The notes below the pieces were generated by a model. It had not been told where the DNA came from and did no database searches. It worked only from the letters and a program-made list of their open reading frames with translations. Both the position numbers and the translations under genes were made by a program. A DNA stretch of 64,000 bases from an uncultured Chloroflexia bacterium (GTDB taxonomy: Bacteria; Chloroflexota; Limnocylindria; Limnocylindrales; CSP1-4), in NCBI GenBank assembly GCA_963833225.1, contig CAWHXD010000019.1, positions 768,001 to 832,000 on the forward strand, read 5' to 3'. Shown here piece after piece: positions 9,918 through 20,568 of this stretch (position 1 is its first letter; the number at the start of each line of letters is the position of its first letter).

Positions 9918-12002
9918 ATGATGCAGGTCGAGCGCGAGACAGACGGACCGCCGCACGCCGCCCCGGTCACGGACCTGGGCCCGGTTCCGCGTGTGCCGCT
10001 CGGCACCCCCTCCCCGGTCACGTCCCCGGGCATCGGCGCGCCCGATGGCTCCGCGTTCCCGCCGATCGGCGACTACGCGTTCCTGTCCGACGGCGAGGTG
10101 ACCGCGCTGGTGGCGCCCAGCGGCACGGTCGAGTGGATGTGCCTGCCGCGGTTCGATTCGCCCAGCGTGTTCGGGGCGATCCTTGACCGCGACGCGGGCG
10201 GGTTCCGGCTCGGCCCGGCCGACGTGATGGTCCCGGCGGCCCGGCGCTACCTGCCGGGCACGATGGTGCTCGAGACGTCCTGGGAGACCGCCAGCGGCGG
10301 GTGGGTCATCATCCGTGATGTCCTGCTCATGGGTCCCTGGCACAACACGGAATCGCGCTCGAAGACCCACCGGCGGGCGCCAACGGACTACGACGCCGAA
10401 CACGTGTTGCTGCGCACCGTCCGGTGCGTCAACGGCGAGATGCAGCTGACCCTCGATTGCGAGCCGGTCTTCGACTACGGACAGTCGGCCGGCGAGTGGT
10501 CCTACACCGCGGAGGATTACCACCAGGTGGTCTGCCGTGGTCCCGACGGAGCGGAGCTCACCCTCACCAGCGACTTCCGGATGGGGCTCGAGGGGCCGCG
10601 GGCCATCGCCCGATCGCTGATCAAGGCGGGCGAGACGCGGTTCGTCGCGCTGTCCTGGGGTGAGGGCCGACCGCCGCGGACGGTCGACGAGAGCCAGGAG
10701 CGGCTCGTCTGGACGGCGCACCACTGGCAGCACTGGCTGGCCAGGGGACGCTTCCCAGATCACCCGTGGCGATCGCATCTCCAGCGCTCGGCGCTGACGC
10801 TCAAGGGCCTGGCCTACGCGCCGACCGGGGCGATCGTGGCCGCCGCGACGACCTCGCTGCCGGAGTCGCCCGGAGGCGAGCGGAACTGGGACTACCGCTA
10901 CAGCTGGGTCCGGGACTCCACGTTCGCGCTGTGGGGCCTGTACACGCTGGGCTTCGACTGGGAGGCGAACGACTTCTTCTACTTCCTTGCCGAGCTTGCC
11001 GGCACCGACGGCGGGGTCCAGGTCATGTACGGCATCGGGGGCGAGCGAGAGCTGCCGGAGCGGACGCTGGACCACCTCTCAGGTTACGACGGCGCCAAGC
11101 CGGTGCGCGTCGGGAATGCGGCCTACGAGCAGCGCCAGCACGACGTCTGGGGCGCGATCCTCGACTCGTTCTACCTCCACACCTCGTCCCGGGACCGGCT
11201 GGACGATCGGATGTGGACCATCCTCAGCCGGCTCGTGGAGGAAGCCATCGAGGAGTGGCGACTGCCGGATCGGGGCATCTGGGAGGTCCGCGGTGAGCCC
11301 CGGCACTTCACGTCGTCGAAGGTGATGTGCTGGGTCGCGGCGGACCGTGGCGTCCGCCTGGCCCGCCTCCGCGGGGATCTTGCGATTGCCGAGCGCTGGC
11401 AGGCGGCCGCGGACGAGATCAAGGCCGACGTGCTGGCCAACGGTCTGGATTCACGGGGTGTCTTCACCCAGCACTACGACACCACCGCACTCGATGCGTC
11501 CCTGCTGCTCCTCCCGCTGGTGCGCTTCCTCCCTGCCGACGACCCACGGATCCGGGACACGGTGCTTGCGATCGCGGACGAGCTGACCGAGGACGGGCTC
11601 GTCCTGCGCTACCGGACCGAGCACACCGACGATGGCCTGGCGGGCCGGGAGGGGAGCTTCACCATCTGCTCCTTCTGGCTCGTCTCGGCCCTCGTCCAGA
11701 TCGGCGAGGTCGACCGCGGCCGGCGCCTGTGCGAGCGCCTGCTGTCGCTGTCCAGCGCGCTGGGCCTGTACGGCGAGGAGATCGAGGCGGAGACGGGCCG
11801 GCACCTTGGCAACTTCCCGCAGGCGTTCACGCACCTCGCGCTGATCAACGCAGTCATGCACGTGATCGACGCCGAGGGCCGCCACCCGATGTCGGGGTTG
11901 CACGCCTCGCCGTCCTCTGATGCGCGACGGGGGCGAGCGACGGCCGCCTCGATGGGGCCGCGGACGGAGGACGACCTTCACGGCGAGCGCCGGCGCCCCT
12001 AG
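9918..12002 (+). CDS. glycoside hydrolase family 15 (trehalase/glucoamylase-like)
   Basis: PIGDYAFLSD, AAATTSLPE, RNWDYRYSWVRD, GIWEVR, EGSFTICSFW, GNFPQAFTH. Confidence 0.95.
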   Translation: MMQVERETDGPPHAAPVTDLGPVPRVPLGTPSPVTSPGIGAPDGSAFPPIGDYAFLSDGEVTALVAPSGTVEWMCLPRFDSPSVFGAILDRDAGGFRLGPADVMVPAARRYLPGTMVLETSWETASGGWVIIRDVLLMGPWHNTESRSKTHRRAPTDYDAEHVLLRTVRCVNGEMQLTLDCEPVFDYGQSAGEWSYTAEDYHQVVCRGPDGAELTLTSDFRMGLEGPRAIARSLIKAGETRFVALSWGEGRPPRTVDESQERLVWTAHHWQHWLARGRFPDHPWRSHLQRSALTLKGLAYAPTGAIVAAATTSLPESPGGERNWDYRYSWVRDSTFALWGLYTLGFDWEANDFFYFLAELAGTDGGVQVMYGIGGERELPERTLDHLSGYDGAKPVRVGNAAYEQRQHDVWGAILDSFYLHTSSRDRLDDRMWTILSRLVEEAIEEWRLPDRGIWEVRGEPRHFTSSKVMCWVAADRGVRLARLRGDLAIAERWQAAADEIKADVLANGLDSRGVFTQHYDTTALDASLLLLPLVRFLPADDPRIRDTVLAIADELTEDGLVLRYRTEHTDDGLAGREGSFTICSFWLVSALVQIGEVDRGRRLCERLLSLSSALGLYGEEIEAETGRHLGNFPQAFTHLALINAVMHVIDAEGRHPMSGLHASPSSDARRGRATAASMGPRTEDDLHGERRRP

Positions 12003-12610
12003 CTCTTGGCGAGGATCCGCTCCATGACCTCGGCCGCGTCCTCGGCCGCGTCGATCGTCTCCTCGAGGCTCTTGATCAGGTCGCGCTGCTTGATCACGTC
12101 CAGGGGATCATTGCCGGCCTCGAACAGGCGGCCGATCGCGGCTCGTGACAGCCCGTCCGCCTCGTGCTCGAGATCATGGATCAGCTCCAGGTGCGGCCCG
12201 ATTCCCTTGCCCCGCTCCAGCTTCGAGAGCGCCTCGAGCAGCTGGACGGCCTGGCCGGCGAGGATCCCGACCATGTGGCGCGCCTCCTCGGACGGGTGGC
12301 CGATCTTGTAGATCAGGAAGGTCTCCGCCGTCGCCTGGATCCCGTCGAGCACGTCGTCGAGGTGGATGGTCAGCTCGTGGATGTCCTCGCGATCGAAGGG
12401 CGTGATGAACGACCGCTCGAGGCGGACCCCGATCTCGGTGTCGATGGCATCGCCGGCCTTCTCGAGGGCCTGGATCTCGGCCACCCGCTCATCGAGGCGA
12501 TCGTAGGTCGCGACCATCGACTCCAGGCGGCGGGCTGCCTCGAGGATCGTCTGGCCGTCCTTGATGAACAGCTCGAAGAACTTCTCGTCGCGCGGGATCA
12601 GGCGGACCAT
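11999..12610 (-). CDS. DUF47 phosphate transport regulator (PhoU-like)
   Basis: LIPRDEKFFELF, FITPFDREDI, LEHEAD; directly downstream of pit. Confidence 0.93.
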   Translation of the reverse strand: MVRLIPRDEKFFELFIKDGQTILEAARRLESMVATYDRLDERVAEIQALEKAGDAIDTEIGVRLERSFITPFDREDIHELTIHLDDVLDGIQATAETFLIYKIGHPSEEARHMVGILAGQAVQLLEALSKLERGKGIGPHLELIHDLEHEADGLSRAAIGRLFEAGNDPLDVIKQRDLIKSLEETIDAAEDAAEVMERILAKS

Positions 12611-12662
12611 GGCAGGCCTCCGGTGGCGGGCGTTTGGGGGAGGGCGTTCGGGTTGGAGCGGC

Positions 12663-13655
12663 TCATCGGAGACCGATGGCGTTGAGGATCAGCCAGGCCC
12701 CGGCGCCGACGATCCCGGCGGCGGGGATGGTGAGCACCCAGGCGATCAGGATCCCGCGGGCAACGCCCCAGCGGACGCCGCGCAGACCACGGCTCGAGCC
12801 GACGCCCATGATGGCGCTTGAGATCACGTGCGTGGTCGACACCGGCATGCCGAAGTGCGCGGCCACCTGGATGACGGTGCCCGCGGTGGCCTCGGCGGCG
12901 AAGCCATGGATGGGCTCGAGCTGCACGACCCGCTGGCCCATCGTGTGCATGATCCGCCAGCCGCCGACGGCCGTTCCCAGCGAGATCGCGGTCGCGGAGA
13001 TCACGATGACCCAGACGGGGACATCGATGCTGGGGATCACGCCCGCTGAGAACAGCGCGAGGGTGATGATGCCCATCGTCTTCTGCGCATCGTTGGAGCC
13101 GTGCGCCAGCGCCATCCACGCGGCCGAGAACACCTGGAGGATGCGGAACGCACGCCCCAGCGGCTTGCGCGCGAACCCTCGGAACGTCCAGGTGAGGATC
13201 ACCATCAGCACGAGGGCGCCGATGAAGCCAAGGACGGGAGAGCTGACCAGGGGCACGATCACCTTGTTGTAGATGCCGTCGAGCTTGAGCGACCCGGCCC
13301 CACCGGCGACAAGCGTGGCGCCGAGCAGCCCGCCGATCAGGCCGTGGCTGGACGAGCTGGGCAGCCCCAGCCACCAGGTCAGGAGGTTCCACGCGATCGC
13401 ACCCAACAGGGCCGCGGCGACCACGGTCTGCGTCGTCGTCTGCTCATCCACCAGGCCGCCGCCGATGGTCTTGGCGACGGCCGTGCCGAGGAAGGCGCCG
13501 ATGAAGTTGAACGCCGCGGCCATGAGCAGCGCGTGCTGGGGGCGCAGGGCCCGGGTCGCCACGGACGTCGCGATCGCGTTCGCCGTGTCATGGAAGCCGT
13601 TGATGTAGTCGAACGCCACGGCCAGCGCGATGACGGCGAACAGGAACAGCGTCAT
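12663..13655 (-). CDS. pit: inorganic phosphate transporter (PiT family)
   Basis: NGFHDTANAIAT, GLPSSSSH, HGSNDAQKTMG, PVSTTH. Confidence 0.95.
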   Translation of the reverse strand: MTLFLFAVIALAVAFDYINGFHDTANAIATSVATRALRPQHALLMAAAFNFIGAFLGTAVAKTIGGGLVDEQTTTQTVVAAALLGAIAWNLLTWWLGLPSSSSHGLIGGLLGATLVAGGAGSLKLDGIYNKVIVPLVSSPVLGFIGALVLMVILTWTFRGFARKPLGRAFRILQVFSAAWMALAHGSNDAQKTMGIITLALFSAGVIPSIDVPVWVIVISATAISLGTAVGGWRIMHTMGQRVVQLEPIHGFAAEATAGTVIQVAAHFGMPVSTTHVISSAIMGVGSSRGLRGVRWGVARGILIAWVLTIPAAGIVGAGAWLILNAIGLR

Positions 13656-13829
13656 GTTCTGAATGAGAGCGTCCCTCCGCATCGCCAGGGGTTCGGGATG
13701 GCGACGAACGTAGGATACCGGTGGGCAATCTCCGGGTTGATGCCGTGTCAGCACCAGGGGTGGCAAGGGCCGCGGGCCGATCGGCGTCCTTCCCGGCTCG
13801 TGAAGCGGCCGACCGGTAGACTGCGCGCC

Positions 13830-15548
13830 ATGCGCCTCTCCCACCTGTTCTTCACGACGCTCCGCGACGATCCCTCCGAGGCGGAGATGCCGTCCCATCG
13901 CCTGCTGCTGCGGGCGGGCTACGTGCGCCAGCTGGGCGCCGGCATCTACTCGCTGCTGCCGCTCGGGTTCCGGGCCAACCAGCGAGTGGAGCAGGTGATC
14001 CGCGAGGAGCTCAACGCGATCGGCGGCCAGGAGATGGAGATGCCGGTCGTCCACCCGGCGGACCTGTGGCGCGAGTCAGGCCGCTACGACGCGATCGGTC
14101 CGGAGATGGCCCGGTTCAAGGACCGCGGCGAGCGGGACATGGTGCTCGCGATGACGCACGAGGAGGTGGTCGCCGACCTGCTCCGCGACATCGTCAAGAG
14201 CTACCGCCAGCTGCCGATGATCATCTACCACTTCCAGACCAAGTTCCGCGACGAGCCCCGGTCCCGCGGCGGCCTGGTCCGCGTCCGCGAGTTCGTGATG
14301 AAGGACTCGTACAGCTGCGACCGTGACGAGGCGGGCCTCGACGTGGCGTACTGGGCGCACCACCGCGCCTACACGCGAATCTTCGAGCGGCTGGGTCTGC
14401 GGGCCATCCCGGTCAGCTCCGACGTCGGGATGATGGGTGGCAGCCTGGCCCATGAGTTCATGTCGCTCAATCCCGCGGGCGAGGACGTGCTGGTCCTGTG
14501 CGAGACCTGCGACTACGCCTCCAACCGGCAGATCGCCCCAACGATTGCCGATGCGCCCGCCGCCGAGGCGCTCCTGCCGCTCGAGGAGGTGCACACCCCG
14601 GACGCGACGACCATTGACGCGCTCGCGGCCTTCCTCGACATCCCCACCAGCCGGACGGCCAAGGCGGTGTTCATGGTGACCGGTGATGGCCGGTTCATCG
14701 TGGCCATCGTCCGTGGTGACTACGACCTCAACGAGACCAAGCTGGTGAACGCGCTCAAGGCCACCGGCGGGCTTCGGCCGGCCCAGGTCGAGGAGATCCT
14801 CGCCCGGGGCATGCAGGCCGGCTACGGCTCGCCGGTCGGTGCCCGCGACGCGGTCGTCGTGGTGGACGATCTGGTGGCGAAGAGTCCCAACCTGGTCGCC
14901 GGTGCGAACAAGGTCGGCTACCACCTGCGCAACACCAACGTCGGCCGCGATTACACGCCGGACGTGATCGCCGACATCGCCAGCGTCCGCGAGGGCGACC
15001 GCTGCCCCAACGGCGACGGGACCGTGATCCTGCGGAACGGGATCGAGATCGGGAACATCTTCAAGCTCGGGACGAAGTACACGGAGGCCCTTGGGGCCCT
15101 CTACCTGGGCGAGGACGGCGAGCGGCACCCGATCGTCATGGGCTCCTACGGGATCGGCCTCGGGCGCAACGTCGCCTGCATCGTCGAGGACCACCACGAC
15201 GAGAGGGGCATCAAGTGGCCGGCCGAGGTGGCGCCGTATCCCGCGCACCTCGTGGCCCTCGGCGCCAACAAGGACCCGCGGGTGACCGAGACCGCCGAGC
15301 GGCTCCACCAGCTGGCCGCGGACGCCGGGCCGGCCCACGAGATCCTGTACGACGACCGCGACGAGTCCCCGGGCGTCAAGTTCGCCGACGCTGACATGCT
15401 GGGCATGCCCTGGATCCTCACGGTCAGCCCCCGCTCGCTCGAGGCAGGGGGGATCGAGGTCAAGAACCGCGAGACCGGCGAGAAGGTCGTGCGCCCGATG
15501 GAGGACGTCGAGGCGTTCCTCGTCGGCAGGTCCGCGACGCCGGTCTGA
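13830..15548 (+). CDS. proS: proline--tRNA ligase (bacterial type with editing domain)
   Basis: MRLSHLFFTTLR, QTKFRDEPR, VREFVMKDSYS, GIEIGNIFKLG, MGSYGIG. Confidence 0.97.
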   Translation: MRLSHLFFTTLRDDPSEAEMPSHRLLLRAGYVRQLGAGIYSLLPLGFRANQRVEQVIREELNAIGGQEMEMPVVHPADLWRESGRYDAIGPEMARFKDRGERDMVLAMTHEEVVADLLRDIVKSYRQLPMIIYHFQTKFRDEPRSRGGLVRVREFVMKDSYSCDRDEAGLDVAYWAHHRAYTRIFERLGLRAIPVSSDVGMMGGSLAHEFMSLNPAGEDVLVLCETCDYASNRQIAPTIADAPAAEALLPLEEVHTPDATTIDALAAFLDIPTSRTAKAVFMVTGDGRFIVAIVRGDYDLNETKLVNALKATGGLRPAQVEEILARGMQAGYGSPVGARDAVVVVDDLVAKSPNLVAGANKVGYHLRNTNVGRDYTPDVIADIASVREGDRCPNGDGTVILRNGIEIGNIFKLGTKYTEALGALYLGEDGERHPIVMGSYGIGLGRNVACIVEDHHDERGIKWPAEVAPYPAHLVALGANKDPRVTETAERLHQLAADAGPAHEILYDDRDESPGVKFADADMLGMPWILTVSPRSLEAGGIEVKNRETGEKVVRPMEDVEAFLVGRSATPV

Positions 15549-15567
15549 CCAGGACGGATCCCGGCCG

Positions 15568-16683
15568 ATGCCCGGCCAGCTGGTTCCTGACGACGACCTC
15601 TATGCGCGGCTCGAGGTTGCGGTGGAGGCCTCGCCGGAGGCCATCGAGCTTGCCTGGCGGGCGCTGCTCAAGCGCCACCATCCCGATATCGCGGGCAGCG
15701 GCGAGGCCGCGCTCGACCGGGCCAAGCGGATCAACGTCGCCCATGACTGGCTGAGCGACCCGGACCTGCGTGCCCGCTACGACGAGGTGCGCCTTGGCCT
15801 GGGCGTGGCTCCCGGCGCCCGGGTTCGTCGATCCGGCTACCGGCCGAGGGTGTCGCGGGCGCCCTGGGCGCGCCAGGCAGGCTCACGGGCGACCGCGCGC
15901 GCCGGCGCTCGCGCGACCACCCGAACGGATTTGGTTCGCGGCGAGCCGGCGCAGCGGCTCGCGCGGTTCCTCGACCGGGTCGCCCGGCTCACCCCGGACG
16001 AGCTGGACCGGATGGCCGCCGCGGAGCCGCCGCCCATCGCCTTCCTCGCGACCGTCCGCCGTTTCCTCACCCCGGACGCGATGGGCTCGTTCTCGGCCGT
16101 CGAGGCCGAGCTCGCGCGTCGCGTGCCGCCCGGGCGGTGGGCGGAGATCGGCCTGCGCGAGGGGTTGCTGGGCGTGGCCGCGGAGCTGGCGCTGACGCCG
16201 TTCCTCGACGACATGCTCGCGGATCCGTTCCGGAGCCGGGCGCGCGAGCGCCTGCTGCGCGCCTGGGACGCGTCGCTGGACCAGCCGCGGTACGGCCCAA
16301 ATGGCGACGGGGTGGTCGCCGTCCGGGACCGGGCCGTCATGCTGACCCGCGAGGAGCTTGCCGCGTTCCTCCGCGCATCGCAGGGAATCGCCGGCGACGA
16401 CCGCCCGTGGCCCGAGGCGCTGGACCCGGACCAGGATGAGGCCCTCCGAATCTCGGCGCTCCTCGCGGCGCGCGACGTGGCGGCCGCGGTGCCCACCGAT
16501 GGCCTGCCACCCGCGGTGGCCACGCGATCGCGGCGGCTGGCGGCGCGCGTCGGTCACCTGACCGCCCTCCAGCACGCGTTCCCGCCGGCGATCTTCGCGG
16601 CGCTCGTCGCGCCCTGGACGGAGGCAACCGGGACCACGCCCCGGGGGCCCGCCCGGGACCCGGGAATCCGGCGCACCCGGTGA
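15568..16683 (+). CDS. J-domain protein with uncharacterised helical C-terminal domain
   Basis: DLYARLEV...AWRALLKRHHPD...RINVAHDWLSDPDLRARYD. Confidence 0.85.
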   Translation: MPGQLVPDDDLYARLEVAVEASPEAIELAWRALLKRHHPDIAGSGEAALDRAKRINVAHDWLSDPDLRARYDEVRLGLGVAPGARVRRSGYRPRVSRAPWARQAGSRATARAGARATTRTDLVRGEPAQRLARFLDRVARLTPDELDRMAAAEPPPIAFLATVRRFLTPDAMGSFSAVEAELARRVPPGRWAEIGLREGLLGVAAELALTPFLDDMLADPFRSRARERLLRAWDASLDQPRYGPNGDGVVAVRDRAVMLTREELAAFLRASQGIAGDDRPWPEALDPDQDEALRISALLAARDVAAAVPTDGLPPAVATRSRRLAARVGHLTALQHAFPPAIFAALVAPWTEATGTTPRGPARDPGIRRTR

Positions 16684-16719
16684 TCGCGCGAGCGGCGGCG
16701 CGGCCCGGCGCCGTATGCA

Positions 16720-17886
16720 ATGCTGGCCGTGATGGAACTGCTGCTCCTCATCGCGGTGATCGGCCTCGCGCTGGCGCTGGCTGCCGCGCTCCTGGTGATG
16801 CGCCGGCGCGCCGACGAGATCGACCGGTTCGTGGCCGCGGGGGCCGCGGAACCGGGGCCGGCAACCGAACATGACCCGGGCCCTGACCGCGACGATCTCC
16901 TCCCCGTCGGGCTGTTGCGGGTTGCCTCGAATCGCCGGATCGGCTATGCCAACGAGCGGGCCCAGGCGTTCCTGGGCGCCTCGCGGCCGCTGCCCGGGCG
17001 GAGCGTGATGGAGGCGTTCCTTGATGCGAGGCTGGAGGCGGCCCTGGACGCCATGCCGCCCGGGGGCACCGCGACCCTCGAGCATCGAACCGGCGGCCGC
17101 GAGCCGCGCATCCTGGTCGTTCGCGCCCGCCGCGCCGAAGAGGATGAGCTGGTGATCGTCCTCGAGGACGTGACCGAGCTGCGACGCCTCCAGCAGATCC
17201 GCACCGAGTTCATCGACAACCTGGGCCACGAGCTGCGGACCCCGCTCTCGACCGTCACGCTGCTGGCGGAGACGCTCGCCCGTGAGGCTGTGACCGCCGA
17301 GGTTCCCCCCAAGATGCGCGAGCGGATCGCCCGGATCGAGGTGGAGACCGGTCACCTCGCCCAGATGGTCAACGAGATGCTGGACCTTGCCCGCATCGAG
17401 GGAGGCAGCCAGCTGAGGCTCGACGACGAGGTGGACCTGGCCGCGCTCGCCTCGACCTCGACCGAGCGCCTCAGGCTGTTCGCCGAGCGCGGCGGGGTGA
17501 CGCTCGTGACCGACACCGAGCCGGATCTGCCGCTGATCCGCGGCGACGAGGCACGCCTGGGCCAGGTCCTCGTGAACCTCGTCCACAACGCCGTCAAGTT
17601 CAGCCCCGACGGCGGCGAGGCCCGGGTCATGGTCCGCCGGGACGGCGATGCGATCACCATCTCCGTCATCGACCACGGCATCGGCATCAAGCGGGTGGAC
17701 CAGGATCGGATCTTCGAGCGGTTCTACAAGGCAGATCGGGCCCGTGTCCGTGGTGGCGGCACCGGCCTTGGCCTGGCGATTGCCCGCCACGTGGTCGAGG
17801 GCCACGGCGGGTCGATCGCCGTGGATTCGGACGAGGGCGTGGGTTCCACCTTCACTGTCACCCTCCCTCTGGCCCTGCCGGCCTGA
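16720..17886 (+). CDS. sensor histidine kinase (PhoR/SenX3-like; start may be 16732)
   Basis: Single N-terminal TM, PAS-like region, DVTELRRLQQIRTEFIDNLGHELRTPL, NAVKF, RIFERFYKADRAR, GGTGLGLAI. Confidence 0.93.
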   Translation: MLAVMELLLLIAVIGLALALAAALLVMRRRADEIDRFVAAGAAEPGPATEHDPGPDRDDLLPVGLLRVASNRRIGYANERAQAFLGASRPLPGRSVMEAFLDARLEAALDAMPPGGTATLEHRTGGREPRILVVRARRAEEDELVIVLEDVTELRRLQQIRTEFIDNLGHELRTPLSTVTLLAETLAREAVTAEVPPKMRERIARIEVETGHLAQMVNEMLDLARIEGGSQLRLDDEVDLAALASTSTERLRLFAERGGVTLVTDTEPDLPLIRGDEARLGQVLVNLVHNAVKFSPDGGEARVMVRRDGDAITISVIDHGIGIKRVDQDRIFERFYKADRARVRGGGTGLGLAIARHVVEGHGGSIAVDSDEGVGSTFTVTLPLALPA

Positions 17887-17916
17887 TCGGGATCAACCCA
17901 GCCAAGAGGAGTCCCG

Positions 17917-19398
17917 TTGGACCCTTTGCTCGTCGCCACGCTCAATATCCTGAATCTTGCCGACCGCTGGGAGGAGCGTCTCCCGCTCCTGCTGGCGGAC
18001 ATGGCGGCGCTCCAGCCGGACCTGATCGGCCTGCAGGAGGTCGTCTATCCGATGCAGCAGGACCGGCTGCTGGGTGCGGCCGGCGAAGCCCGGTACGAGG
18101 CGGTCCGAGGCTGGGCCGGGCGACCCGAGTACGGCAACAGCATGCTCGTGAAGGCGCCCCTCGTCGCTGGCGATGTCGACCGCCTCGACCTTGGGACCAC
18201 ACGCGCGGCCCACCGTGTGCGGATCACCCTGCCCAGTGGCGCTCGCCTCGTGTTCGCTGTCGCCCACCTCCACAACAAGCCCGACGAACGGGATGTGGGC
18301 CTGGCCCAGGTGAACGCCCTGACGGCATGGCTCGGCGCCTCGCCTGAGCACGACGCGATCATCGTGGTGGGCGACTTCAACGCGGGTCCGAGGCACCGCG
18401 TGTACGCGGAGATGGTCGAGGCGGGATTCACGTCTGCCCATATGGCCGCCAAGGGGGCGGAGCCGCTGCTGACGTGGCCGTCGGGCCTCCAGGCACCGGC
18501 AATGGATGCCGACGGCGAGCCGGAGTGCCTGGATTACATCTGGGTCCGGGGCGCGGTCACGGTGGAGGACGCGCGCCTGACATTCAACCGGCCCGCCGCC
18601 GGCGACCCGACCCTGTATCCGTCGGACCACTTCGGGGTCGCTGCCCATGTCCGGGTCGGGGTCGAGGACGAGTTCCGGGGTCGGGCTCCTGAGTATGCGG
18701 TCACGGTGGCGGAGCGGCTGCTGCCCGCCACCCAGGCCCACCCAATGCGACTGGCCCATCGCGGTGACTGGCGCGTGGCACCCGAGAACACGCTGGCGGC
18801 CCTGCAGGCCGCGGTGCGGATTCCGGCCTGCGACGGGGTGGAGTTCGACGTCCGCCTGAGCGCCGACGGCGTCCCGGTGCTCATCCACGACGAGACGCTC
18901 GGCCGGGTCCAGGAACGGGCCGACCGGGTCGACGCGCTGTCGGCGGAACAGCTCGGCGAGCTCGGCGTGCCCACCCTGGCGGCGTCGATGGCCGCCCTGC
19001 CCAAGCGCGCGTTCCTCAACGTGGAGCTGAAAGGCAACGAGCACGGGGACGCGACCGCCGATGTGCTGCGGGCCGCCCGCGGTGACAACGGGGAGCGGGC
19101 GGTCATCTCGTCCTTCCAGCCATCCACGCTCGCTGACATGGCGCTCCGGCTTCCCGGCTGGAAGCGGTGGCTCACCACGTGGACCCTGGCGCCGGCCACG
19201 ATCGACTTCGCCATCGAGCTGGGACTCCAGGGGCTCTCGGTCCATTGGGGTGCCGTGACGCCCGCCACGATCGGTCCCGCGCGCGCCGCCGGGCTCGAGG
19301 TGATGGCCTGGACGGTGCGCCGCCGGACCACGTTTGACCGGCTGGCCAGCCAGGGCGTGTTCGCGTGCTGTGTCGAGGGGACCGCGCTCGACGGGTAG
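17917..19398 (+). CDS. fusion of endonuclease/exonuclease/phosphatase (EEP) domain and glycerophosphodiester phosphodiesterase (GDPD) domain
   Basis: TLNI, GLQEV, VGDFNA, LDYIW, SDHF then AHRGD, PENTLAA, VEFDVRLSADGVPVLIHD, NVELK; TTG start with GAGGAG RBS. Confidence 0.85.
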   Translation: MDPLLVATLNILNLADRWEERLPLLLADMAALQPDLIGLQEVVYPMQQDRLLGAAGEARYEAVRGWAGRPEYGNSMLVKAPLVAGDVDRLDLGTTRAAHRVRITLPSGARLVFAVAHLHNKPDERDVGLAQVNALTAWLGASPEHDAIIVVGDFNAGPRHRVYAEMVEAGFTSAHMAAKGAEPLLTWPSGLQAPAMDADGEPECLDYIWVRGAVTVEDARLTFNRPAAGDPTLYPSDHFGVAAHVRVGVEDEFRGRAPEYAVTVAERLLPATQAHPMRLAHRGDWRVAPENTLAALQAAVRIPACDGVEFDVRLSADGVPVLIHDETLGRVQERADRVDALSAEQLGELGVPTLAASMAALPKRAFLNVELKGNEHGDATADVLRAARGDNGERAVISSFQPSTLADMALRLPGWKRWLTTWTLAPATIDFAIELGLQGLSVHWGAVTPATIGPARAAGLEVMAWTVRRRTTFDRLASQGVFACCVEGTALDG

Positions 19399-19403
19399 CC
19401 GGA

Positions 19404-20436
19404 TCAGCCCACGGTTGGCGGCATCGGGGCACTGTCCCCGAGGATCAGCCGCGTCGGGACGACAATCGAACGCGCCGGGCTCCCGGCGTCGGCGTCGAGC
19501 GAGGCCAGCAGCTCGTTGACGGCCATCTTGCCGATCTCCTGGAGCGGCTGGAAGGCAGTGGTCAGCGAGGGGGTGAACTCGGCGGCCTCGGGCAGCCCGT
19601 CGAAGCCGGTCATCGCGAGCTGGTCGGGGATCCGGATGCCGCGGGCGTTGGCCACGTGGAGGGCGCCCAGGGCCATCTGGTCCGAGGCCGCGAACAGGGC
19701 ATCGATCGTGGGATCGGCCTCGAGGATCCGGGAGAACGCGTCCGTGCCACTTGCCGACGACCAGTCGCCGGCCTCCATCGGCCCGGGCTCGAGACCGGCC
19801 TCGGAGACCGCAAGCAGCCAGCCGTCACGCCGGTCCCGCGCCTCGCGCCATTCGAGCGGACCCGCGAGATGGGCGACGCGCCGCCGGCCGAGGGCGATCA
19901 GGTGACGGGTCATCTCGGCTGCCGCCGCGACATTGTCGATCCCGATCGAGGTGAACCGCTCGGACGGCGCCGCCTTGAGGAACACCACCGGCGGCGTCGA
20001 CACCGGCAGCTGCTCCTGAAGGTGTCGGATGTTCGGCGCCCATCTGGGGCGGCGCGAAGATGATGCCCTCCACCCGGTGGGCGACGAAGAAGTTGACCAT
20101 GGGCACGATGTCGGGGACGTCGAAGCCGGCCAGCTCCTTGAGGATGATCGAGTAGCCGGCAGCCTCGGAGGCCTGCGCCATGCCGTTCACCGTCTGCGCG
20201 ACGCCGTAGTACTTGAGGCCGGCGACGATGACACCCAGCATCCGCGAGCGGCGCTGGACCAGGCTGCGGGCGACCGCGCTGGGCTGGAAGCCGTGCTCCG
20301 CGATGGCGGCCTCGATCGTGCGCCGCGTCTCGGGGGACACGTCGGGCCGCCTGTTGATCACCCGGGAGACGGTCTGCGTGGAGACCCCCGTCATGCGGGC
20401 GATCTCCTTGATCGTGACCCGGTGCTGCTGGGACAA
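19404..20436 (-). CDS. LacI family regulator, probable arabinose repressor; frameshift near 20035
   Basis: VTIKEIARMTGVSTQTVSRVIN HTH; IGIDN, LFAASDQMALGA, GFDG, PSLTT in second frame; TTG start with AGGAGAG RBS; divergent from araB. Confidence 0.88.
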
Positions 20437-20504
20437 GGCTTGCGACTCTCCTGCGCAGGCTGCCCGGGTTCTCGGCGGTTTCAGCCTTGCGGCCATATGG
20501 TAGC

Positions 20505-20528
20505 GTGAACGATAACGGGAACGATAAC
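20505..20528. promoter_or_regulatory. tandem LacI-type operators
   Basis: GTGAAC-GATAAC and GGGAAC-GATAAC (central CG pseudo-palindromes) between divergent lacI-type gene and araB. Confidence 0.7.
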
Positions 20529-20568
20529 GGTCGTCCCTGATGTTGTCACCCAGCATGATGAGAGACAC

